A stretch of 58,883 nt of DNA, the filler included, from Sphacelaria rigidula (taxonomy: Eukaryota): assembly GCA_964200075.2 (NCBI GenBank). It is 9 parts of 9 records of this genome, joined end to end, with 100 filler letters (N's around TTAATTAATTAA, not from the genome) between each part and the next. Parts side by side here need not be neighbours in the genome. Positions count along the whole stretch, not along the records: positions 45,878 to 52,330 come from CAXNAA020019981.1; positions 52,431 to 58,883 come from CAXNAA020019982.1; 7 more parts are not named here. One strand, 5' to 3'. The translations under genes and the position numbers were made by a program. Positions 49,201-58,883 of this stretch are shown here, one piece after another. Every line of letters starts with the position of its first letter. The stretch's first letter is position 1. The notes below the pieces were generated by a model. That model saw only the letters and a list, made by a program, of their open reading frames with translations, was not told the origin of the DNA and searched no databases.

Positions 49201-50924
49201 CTACTGCAACATCTTCAACGACTGAACAGCAGTCCAATGAACTACGTAAATTAGCTCTGACGGCGGAATATTCATCACAGCAATACATGGCTCTGGAAAC
49301 TGTTCTACAGTATATCGGAACGGTTGGCATAGAAAGCGTAGTGCCACCTGCATCGATTCCAGTTCCCAACAACTACAAACAAGCATATTCCTCACCTTTC
49401 GCATTAAAATGGAGAGCAGCCATGTTAGACGAACTCCGCAGCATTTAAGATCATCGCGTGGCCGACACTATTCCAGCTGGAAACGTTCCGCCGAACAACA
49501 ACATAATTAGCACGAGATGGGTCTACAAGGTCAAAGCTGACGGACGATTCAAGGCCCGACTAGTTGTACAGGGTTGGGCACAACGACACGGCTTCGACTG
49601 CGGGAGCACTTTCGCACCGGTCTGCCGACTGGAGAGTCAGCGAATCCTCCTTGTGATTGCAACTGCAAAAACCTGGTCAATAATTGCCCTCGATGTTCAA
49701 ACAGCCTTTTTGAATGGAAAGCTACAGGAGACAGTATTTTATAAGCAGCCACCTGGATTTGAGACAACGGACCCTACTACCGGGCAACCACATGTGATGC
49801 TTTTGCGCCGGGCCCTTTACGGTCTGCGTCAGAGTCCCAATGTATGGAACGCAACGGTAGACTCCGAGTTGAGGAGAATCGGCTTCACTACTACTGCGAG
49901 CGACCCCTGCGTCTATACGAGAGGACACGATGATAAATACGTCATGCTTACGCTGTTTGTGGATGACATCCTTCTGACCGGACCTTCGATCAAGCTTCTT
50001 CAAGACGTTCAAGATAAACTAAAGAAGGAGTTCTCCATTTCAGAGCTTGGACCCGTGTCCCTTATCCTCGGCATGGAAATAACGAGGGATACAGAACAGG
50101 GAACACTCAAATTATCTCAGCACAAGTACATCCTCTCCTTACTACAAAAATTCAAGATGGAGTCTTGTAATTCAGTGCATACACCAGGGATCATCAATAA
50201 TACACTTCCAGCTTCGGAGGAACATCTACTACTGGATCTTCAAGGGATGAAGCAGTACCAAGCTATGGTGGGAAGCTTGATATTTCTATCCCAGTGCACG
50301 AGATTCGATATAGCCTTCCGCGTTACTCAGGTCGCCCGCTACATGAGCAAACCTACCACGGAGCACATGGCAGATGCCAAACGTATTTTTCACTATCTGA
50401 AAGGTACATCGGATCTGCCCATCGTCTACCGCAGTTCAAGAAACAAGTTGGAACTCAAAGGTTTCGCAGATTCGTCATATGGGAATGAAGGTCTTGGAGG
50501 GAAAATGAGATCAACATCTGGGACTATGTTTTTTCTGGCTAACGGACTTATACATTTTTCTTCGAGTCTACAACGGATAACAGTCTCTTCTACAACCGAA
50601 GCTGAAGTTATAGCACTGGCAAGAGGAGGAAAATTCGGTACATACCTTTTCAATCTTCTTCGAGAGCTTGGGTGGTCTCTGCGGCCTCCAACGATTTTTT
50701 CCGATTCACAAGGTGCCCTCCACCTCTCTTCGAACGCGAAGTACAGTAATAAGAGCAAACATCTGGCGATTAGGTTCTACAGCCTCAAGGACCTCATCAA
50801 AAACGACCAACTAATCGTCAACCATGTCAGGATTAGTCGTCAGGTGGCCGACATACTCGCAAAATATTGTGAAAAGGCAACACACCGGCGACTCCTTAGT
50901 GCAGTCGCCGATTTCGGAAAGTGA
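46204..50924 (+). pseudogene. Disrupted copia gag-pol polyprotein
   Basis: Zinc knuckle CFSCGQPGHQSRDC, protease DSGASHH, WHKRLGH, integrase TDLSGP/SDRGG/QNDMSER, RT FKARLV...LFVDD, RNase H ADSSY/STTEAE/DSQGA; in-frame stops at 46633, 48355, 48526, 49446 and a frameshift near 48855. Confidence 0.93.
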
Positions 50925-51152
50925 CTCTACCGACGGAGGTAACAGATGTTCGTCATTAACAAGGATGACGAACTAACAGGCGTGCGTCATTACCAGTACG
51001 TCATTTTCAAAGGGGGCGTGTCAACTTTCGTACGTCAAACACTTCGACAAAGCAGGGCTGGGACCACCACCAACGCACGCCCAGTCACAACTCTCAAACC
51101 ACCTCTCCCATCTTCATCTACCGACATACATCACTACTTCCTTTCTTCAACA

Positions 51153-51773
51153 ATGAGTGGGTCACGCAACGTCTCCAACAACATCAACAACATCAACAAC
51201 ATCAACAACAACCGCGGAAGAGCCCCTCGCAATACTCGCCGGTACGTGATTCACGATGGTACCAATAACAGAAACAGCCGTCACTCTCGCCAACAAGCGA
51301 TGAGGCACCTCGGAATCACACCACGCGCGAGAGCTCGCCTTCACGACATGGCCGCCCCAGGGACCAGACAAACCATTACAGGAACCAGCATCGACTGGGG
51401 GTGCAGAAGGCAGCACGTACAGCAGGTGGGAGTGCCTGGACAGACCTGGGACGCGAGGAGGAGGATGGCAAACGACCTGCGCGCCTACGGCTTTTGCGAC
51501 AAGAGCGAGTACGCCACGATTTTTGATTTTCTGACTTCATTGAGACAACTGTATTCAATCACGGATATCATGTTCTTTTTAGATCCGAGAATTCTGAATT
51601 TTTTGGCAAGGGCATGGATGCATGAACAACCGGATGATTTCGATGTTTTAATCCTAAGGAGGGTACATCTTTCTCTGGCAATGAGGCTATCAAAAGTTGT
51701 CTCCCCTTCTAGACTGTACCCGCCGGAATTGTCCAAGTACGGTAGAGATTTAAGGTTGTCAAGGGGATTTTAA
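51153..51773 (+). CDS. Extra ORF of unknown function inside the copia element (206 aa; frame open from 50946)
   Basis: Uninterrupted ORF between the pol stop and the 3' PPT; ACAATG start context; Asn/Arg-rich N-terminus and a globular-looking C-terminal half; AATAAA at 51793 and 52014. Confidence 0.6.
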   Translation: MSGSRNVSNNINNINNINNNRGRAPRNTRRYVIHDGTNNRNSRHSRQQAMRHLGITPRARARLHDMAAPGTRQTITGTSIDWGCRRQHVQQVGVPGQTWDARRRMANDLRAYGFCDKSEYATIFDFLTSLRQLYSITDIMFFLDPRILNFLARAWMHEQPDDFDVLILRRVHLSLAMRLSKVVSPSRLYPPELSKYGRDLRLSRGF

Positions 51774-52216
51774 GTCCCGAGTGTGCAGTGTTAATAAATG
51801 AGTACTGTCTCTTGATCTAAGGTTGTTGAGTATCAGAGTACGTGTGCTTGATATTTGCATACTGAGTGAAGTGCTGCATTTTTTGGGAAAAACCATTTGG
51901 GCTAAAGGCACCGAAATTTTGATGTCATTCAAATAGCCCGAGTACATATGTCTAGGGATGAAATTCCACCAGTGACGATATTTCTTCAAGTAAACGTATA
52001 CACCTGTACGCATAATAAACAGACTGATTTTTACATATCAGCTCAGCGTATTTCGGTTGATTCTTCGGTTTGATTTGAGTTGAGTTTCACCCATCAGTAC
52101 AGCGTACCTTGTAGCTGACCTTTTACACATCAGTACAGTGCGCTTTGTGATACTCTTCGTTCATTTGTCTAGTTCACGATTTGATTGAAATTTGATTTGC
52201 TATCCACGTACAACTT

Positions 52217-52330
52217 AAGGGGGTGTGTTGGAAATCTATACAGCCAACAATCTAGCTGTATGTCTTCTGTGTGTGAGTTTTTACTCTATAGCAGATTAGC
52301 GGGTCAATACGTCTCGGTTCAACTAGGAGC
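52217..52330 (+). repeat. Polypurine tract and 5' part of the 3' LTR
   Basis: AAGGGGGTG (52217-52225) directly followed by TGTTGGAAAT. Confidence 0.75.
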
Positions 52331-52430
52331 NNNNNNNNNNNNNNNNNNNNNNNNNNNNNNNNNNNNNNNNNNNNTTAATTAATTAANNNNNNNNNNNNNN
52401 NNNNNNNNNNNNNNNNNNNNNNNNNNNNNN
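52331..52430. other. Artificial contig spacer
   Basis: N44-TTAATTAATTAA-N44. Confidence 0.98.
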
Positions 52431-54213
52431 CCTCCCCCCGGAAAATCTACCTGAACCCTGTGATCACGTCTTTTTCATCTAGTAGTAATGGCATGGGACC
52501 GTCGAGATATTCCGTCATGCGTTGGAACACCCGTCTGTTGGATCTGCCGTTGAAGGGTTCGGTGATGTTTTGCTCACGGGCAACAGCACGGGCGCAATTT
52601 CCTTCAAGTGAAGGCTCACCGCCAGCGTCCGCTCCTCCTCGCTCCCGCTGCACGTTCGTCCCGTACACGCCACCGTCTGAATGCTTTTTTTTTTTCCCTG
52701 TGATTCTGTGCCGTGACATTGTTGATCGGTCGACAGGCGGATTATGCATTCGCCCTGTTTTTTGTGGGGGTTGCGGCGACTGCTGTAGGGCAGGTGGTCG
52801 TGAACCATCTCGTCAAGAAGGTGATTATGACGATAACTTCACAGCAGTAGTCTTCACTTTACGCCTTTTTCTCGGTGACAAGACATTTTTTTTTATTATA
52901 TTTGAGCATGCTTGATTGAATCTGTACTTTCTCTCTTCTTCCCCCCCCTCCCCCATCTTTCTCTATTTTTAGGATGCTCGTCAAATGATCAACTTGTCAG
53001 TCGTAGGTTAAAATGACGTGCACTTTTTTTTTTTCAAATCAAGGCATCAACCCGTTAATGCCACCCGCGGTCGAAAGACGTAATATTTCCGGGCAACCGC
53101 GCATCGCAAAAACATCACTCCGCGGTGGTCCGCTGGTCATGCTCCATTGTGGGAACCCCTCGCCCCCACTCCATGGCCCATCTTTAGATGCAGAGTCAAA
53201 CAACTGCACAAATTTCACAATATATATATATATATATATATCCCGTTACAACAACATTGACTCCGCCAAACCCATCTGCATGAAGGAAACGATGGCTTGC
53301 CATCTCGGGGCTTTTTTATCTGCCTTACTGGGTTCCATTCTAGTTGGATTTCCTGGATACAGGGGTCTACTTATTGCCACTGCGTGCACCAGCGCGCCGC
53401 ACATCTGTCTCCTCAGCGAAGTCGAATTAGTTGGCAGAGCGCCGTGTTCTAGTGTACAAGTACAGCGCCAGTAGGATAGATGTGAACTACGCTTCGCTAG
53501 GGGTGAGGCAGTAGAGTTGCGGTTCCCGATTAAGAACGTTGTCGTACCCTGCTGCCGAAGGATCTCCAGAGCGAGGCGTGACTCTCTCGTTGTCATTTAG
53601 GCGAGGACGCGGCCGTGACCGATTGTAGGCGTGAAGAACAAGTGAACGAGTCGGTATGGCAGTACTGACAACGCTCAATCAGGGTTCATGTGGTGCCCCC
53701 GTTTTTCCAAGCTCTTATACCGGAGACCCCGTTGCCTAGGTTGCCGAAGATCCAGTTTCACAGGTTTGAACATTTTGGGTTCAATTATTTGTGTCACTGG
53801 TGGACCCCGTTCCTGAGACTATTTTTCCGGCTTACATGTGTATTTGGATGTTCATTACGCTCATGCTTATATGGTCTCCACATATATACTACACCTTCTT
53901 CGTTCGACGAGAGGTGACGGTCTGCCTGCGTTGAGGTCAGGATTGTCGATAGGGATTGAGTCGGGTTTGGTTGTTGGTCTGTATGACCATCAATATGTGC
54001 AAGGATCCGTGGCTGCTAAGTTCATGCGCAATCATCAATCGATCGATGGCTTGAACATGCGCCAGAGATGACAACGACCTCGTGCTGTCATCATCTATAG
54101 CGACCTGTACGTACGTATGTCTGCCCCACTTACGCGAAATAATCGCTCTAATCTCCCCCCGTCCCGTCCCGTCCCGTCCCGTCCCGACCTCTCCGGCCAT
54201 CTACGCGCCGCAG

Positions 54214-54360
54214 TACAAGCGAACGAGCTTCATCATCTTGTCCATTGGATCCGTGGTGGCTCTCAGCGCGGTGATGATGGGAGGCCACAGTCTGTACAGT
54301 TTTATGTTTCCGCGGGAGGATGCTGAGGAAGGCGGAGGCTTCTGTTCAGTAGGAGAATGA
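54214..54360 (+). CDS. Terminal exon of a membrane protein, probably eukaryotic TauE/SafE (sulfite exporter) family
   Basis: Pyrimidine tract (CCCGT)n then CAG|YKRTSFIILSIGSVVALSAVMMGGHSLYSFMFPREDAEEGGGFCSVGE*; the last TM helix and terminal FC resemble plant/algal TauE C-termini; upstream exons not found on this contig. Confidence 0.6.
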   Translation, partial: YKRTSFIILSIGSVVALSAVMMGGHSLYSFMFPREDAEEGGGFCSVGE

Positions 54361-56899
54361 TGACCTGATCTGGAGAGGAACGGTGCTCAACGAGAAGGAG
54401 GCGGGGAAAGCGTCTACTTTGGATTTAGGGGGGTAGAATACTCTGTAGCGAGCGTCTACCGCGTTTTTTGTGTCGTGATTTTCTGTCCCCTGCACGCGAG
54501 GTGAAAGACCGAGGCCTGTGTTGTGCGATATAAGTTGAGTGGGGGTGTCGGGGATGATGCGCCACCACCCCTGTCGCTCCCATCACTGGCTCGTGACATG
54601 ATCGAAAGATGGCCAAACTGAAATCATGTTGGGGATTTTTTTTTTTAAGAATGAAGACCGAATCCCTCTGAGGGAGTGTGCTGGGGGGGCATGTTGCGGG
54701 AGGTTGCGGGAAGTTCTTGCTTTATTGGATTGCTATGATGTCATTATCCAGTGCGGTCCACTATAACAATATTTTCGTGAGATTGAGAGTAGAGGAAACG
54801 ATTGAGAGTGAAGAGCAGTCAATAAGTGAATGAATAGTTTCAGTTCCGAAACGCCCCTCCACGAGGCCCGATACGCTTTTTGCAGTTTCTTGCCACTGAA
54901 GCCCTTGATATCCCCGAGTACAATGTGGACGGGTAGCTGTAAGCACGCGCCCGTGTTACAGGCAAAGATTGGCACATACAGAATGATAAATTGGACAAGT
55001 TGAAGCGAATGATGAAACACATTCTCAATCAGCGCTCTACTTTAGGTTTCACGAAAATGTTTTCCCATGCATGTCATTGCGGCCGTTCTTGCGATCGGAT
55101 TTTCGCAGTCGAAGGGTTCATGAGTGTACCGGAAGGGTTGTGTGTCAATACCGCGTTATCCATCGTACCGTCTTGGGGATTTGTGTAAAATGGTGATGTA
55201 CCCTCGACAAGCATTTACTTTTGATTGTCTTTCCCTCTTCTTCTCTTCTGTGTAGTTATATCCACCTTGCTCAAGCTCTTCCATGACGTCTGTAGAGCGT
55301 GACTTTTTCCACCGGCTGGTGACGAGGGTGTTACTGCACTCTTTTTGCTCGTCTCATTAAGTGTGTTAGGTCGCCAACCCAACAATCATCGCAAAGACGT
55401 GTTGGTGAGGGTCAACTCTACTTGCTGGTTTCCCACAGTGCTTCCTGTCCCCCGCGCAACCTTGAGGGATTTTGCCATGTGCCTCGTTGAAATGGGTCGA
55501 GATTCGACCCCGGGGCCTCTTGTTCAGGGAGAGTGAAGTTATCTCTTGGTGTCACCAATATAAAGAGGTGCTGAAGCCGTCTCTTTTACCTTAACTTCAG
55601 GCCCGAATCTCCCAACTGCCTGAAAATATAAAACCTCTGGCGAACCTTAGCTTTGCAGGCACCGAAATTTTTTCGTTGTATTTGTTTTTGCACAGAAGAA
55701 TGGGCAGACTAAGATATGACCAGGGACCATAGCGGTTTTGTGCGATCACGTGGTGACCACGTGGTGCGGCTAGAAACATGAAACCTAGGATGCACGAGAC
55801 GGCACTACTGATACTACGCCGTGCGAAGTCCAGCCGAATCACCTTAATTCCCAAGAATTGTTTTTCACCTAGGACTCTGGAACTTCTGTCATCGGAATCC
55901 AGATTTTTACGGCGTATAGTAGTTGTCAAAAGCTACCAGCAGATGAAGAAATGGAACCATATCTCGAAGAATTGGTGTGGATGCCAAGATTTTAATTTTC
56001 CGGATTATCGTCCTCAATGAAGAGCGCCATCCTCAAAATGGATGATCGGCTGTTATTTGACGTGGTAACAGGGGATTCTGGAAAAAAGGGAACGAATTAT
56101 TTAGATGAGAAAAAAAAATTGGGGCTCAGAACTGTTCGAAATGGTACCCCTCTTCTTCAAGGCACCGAGAGAGACTGGTGAGAGTCTCCCATAAGGTTGA
56201 AGGACCGAGCCCGTATTTCAAACAAGTACCCACTCCGCACATTCAACTACTACACTACAGTCAGTGGCTTCCATATTTTGTTCTGTTTCTCGTTCTTCAC
56301 TTTCATACTTCCTTCTCTTCTTTCCTCGTTGTCTCTTCAGCGATTGTACCCATATTTTTATCTCCCTTGAGTACGTCCATCTTGGACCACGGCTGGATTA
56401 TGATTCTTTTTGTAAGGGATGAATTCATGCACAACAATCACTCAACACTTAACCCATCAAATAATAATAATACACATGGCAACATCACCAGTTCGTCCAT
56501 AGACTGACACAACATATACATACACATACGTCACTCTCCACCGCCCAGAAAATGACCTATTCATCCACTCTTATCCGAAATTCCCGGAGTGCAATCGTGC
56601 TCGCGCCCGCCTGGTGCCTGAATGAAGTCGAAAATCATCCATAATACTTGTGTGACTGATCACCTTCGCGGTAACGTGGTCAAATCCGGCATAATGTACT
56701 GGACCAAGAACAACAGATGAGCCGGGTCCATGTCCAGAGGTTTGCAGGTTGCCCTGGAGGTGCGTGTCAAAATCCGCTGGTTGGTTCATCCGCCGCAAAT
56801 GAGGCGACCCATATAGAACATAACCAACACTGGTGCGCGACTGACGCAGCACAGCACAAGGCCAAGTCATCAACAAATAAGGCAGGGGGGAAGGGGGGC

Positions 56900-56968
56900 C
56901 GTACTCGTTTGTTGCTTGCCATAGTCATTGATCACTCATTGACCACGCATCCCTTTCGAGACGGAGCA
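56900..56968 (-). mobile_element. LINE family A 3' stub with 15-bp TSD
   Basis: AATAAGGCAGGGGGG (56876-56890) and AATAAGACAGGGGGG (56970-56984) flank the stub. Confidence 0.8.
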
Positions 56969-58883
56969 TAATAAGACAGGGGGGGGGGGGGGAATCTCCA
57001 CAAACGGGTCCTTTACGCGTTTTTCTCATTATGGCATGTGAAGAACTTCATAACAAGCGGCACTGTACACATACATTATAGGGAAAACTGCAGCAGGAGC
57101 AACAGGCTCGATCATCCATCTCCTCTGCACACGTCATCCAGGCGGAAATTCCCGCTGAGATCAAACTTTCTCGACCAGCACTCGACACACAATAACAACG
57201 CAATCTCTAAGCAACTACACGCAAAACACGTACTGTACACGGAAAAAAAAGAGAGAGCTACGAGTACGGAGCATGACTGAACCAGTATACACAAAGCATG
57301 CCAACTCATCACCGCGATTGTAGATCCCCGAGTTTTCTCATGTCCCGTTCACAGGCACAGAAAACGATTCACTCGCAATCTACAAAAAAACATGTAGAGG
57401 ACAGATAAACCATTTAAACGAAAAAAAAACAGAAACACGAAATAACACAACGGAGAAAAATTCATAAAACCGCCGCCAAGCGACCGGACGCACCCACGTC
57501 ACTTGGTGTCGTACCACCGTTCCGTGGACTTGATACATACAACACACGCTTTTTTTCCTTCTAAATAATCTGGCAGGAGCAACTCAGCCAGCTCACCATG
57601 AGAGACTGAGCGCGACCGACCTTTCCACTACCTTCGCCTCTAAGCGGCGCATTATTCTGCACTACTTGTACTGCTCAAGACAGCAGGCGTCGCGGTCGAT
57701 CCGTGCCAGGAACAAAGAAAAGGGTGGCAGAAGGACAACGACAAAAGTACGCAAAATGGTCAACTGATTGGAAGAAGACAGCATACATACACATGTCTCA
57801 ATTTACCACAACAGTGTTTTTCGGGGGGAGTTTCACCACCCAGTCGTGAAGAGCAGGAGTACACAGTCGACCAATGACAGACATTCCCACCTTTCTAACC
57901 CACATCACACATATGACAGCAGCAACCGCCACATCACAACAAATATGGGGGCTTCAAGTAAGGCGGCAGACAACATGCACACATAAAGATATTGCACGAA
58001 CTCACCAGCGCTTACGTCGCAGGGGGGGGGGGGTATTCGCTGTAGCCGTATGTGCAGCATGTATGTGTCACTATCCATCCTTCTCTATTCCCCTCTCTCC
58101 CGAAAAAAAAACAGAAAGAAAAAAAATAAAAACGTAACCATGACAAAAAATATCACACAAGATAACATAAGAGATTATTCTCTATATAAAGGCAGAGTAT
58201 ATGTATCAAGGGAACGGTAGAAGAACTCACCCACTGTTTCGCACGGTGTGCGTAACTCTGACTCGAGGAAAGAAAAAAAACAAGAAAAAAACAAACCGCA
58301 AGATTTTAGTCTAATTCTCACCCGCATCCACGTCGTGAAATCACCACGAAACTTCCTTCAAAAGTATTCATAACCACTCACTCCTCTTCATGTGAAGGGC
58401 GTAACATTGCTCGCTGATCAGATACCAAAGCTTTGCTGGGTATCGTGCACGTTACAGACTACCGTGTCTCCGCCCCAGGCCCCACACTTTCGTTCAGGCT
58501 CACGAACCATCGTATCATGGGCGAAGCAGACTCGCTTCCCTGATATGTGTCATGCTTTACGGACCGGGTGAGAAACAAGGCATTAATATATTCCGCGGGA
58601 CACCAACACGTCTCCTGCTACACCCCAGCTACTTGGATTTGTAGGATACGTACGGCTCTAGCATAAACTCATAAAACATCCTAGTTAACTGTGCGAAGAA
58701 CGAGGAGCCGAGAAAACAAACATTGATTACTCTCCGCCATTTCGGAAGGCAAAACAAAAAAAATAACGATCCAGCAAAGAGCACAGGGATTAATCAAGGG
58801 GGGGGGGGGGGGGGGAAAAAAAACATACCCCCCCCCCCAAAAAAAAAAAAAAAAAAAAAAAAAAAAACAAATAAAAAGAAAAA

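Larger units (their letters stand above)
45878..52330 (+). mobile_element. Ty1/copia LTR retrotransposon (both contig ends fall inside the inferred LTRs)
   Basis: Domain order gag-PR-IN-RT-RNaseH; 5' LTR inferred to end TTCCAACA (46004), 3' LTR inferred to start TGTTGGAA (52226) after a PPT. Confidence 0.95.

Noticed and set aside
51153..51773. Envelope gene call for the extra ORF
   Set aside because: No signal peptide, transmembrane segment or cleavage motif is visible.
57597..58540. Minus-strand mini-exons with AG/GTGAG boundaries
   Set aside because: Splice-like signals are present but I found no consistent reading frame or recognisable product; cannot be supported without RNA data.

Overview
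Eukaryotic, intron-rich, repeat-rich DNA, most consistent with a brown alga (Phaeophyceae; inferred from the gene and repeat types). The window is not one locus. It is nine unrelated unplaced contigs of 6454 bp (x6) and 6453 bp (x3), apparently sorted by length and joined by 100-bp N44-TTAATTAATTAA-N44 spacers, so neighbourhood across spacers carries no meaning. Host gene fragments: (1) the 3' end of a TPR gene built from tandem 126-bp phase-0 exon+intron cassettes with focal codon variation (22983-25851, minus); (2) two exons of a methionine synthase reductase-like diflavin reductase (30014-30737, minus); (3) six N-terminal exons of a VPS13-family gene including a GC-AG intron (40121-45250, plus); (4) a probable TauE/SafE-like terminal exon (54214-54360). 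One whole contig is a decayed Ty1/copia element that carries an intact extra 206-aa ORF between pol and the 3' LTR, bracketed by two PPT-like motifs. Dispersed repeats include a non-LTR family and a partner family that end in C-runs and sit in G/C-run target duplications, a tRNA-derived SINE, Sola-like (4-bp TSD) and mariner-like (TA TSD) MITEs, long inverted repeats, and four unrelated minisatellites that all have a 41-42 bp period. All family assignments come from motif recognition by eye; no searches were run.
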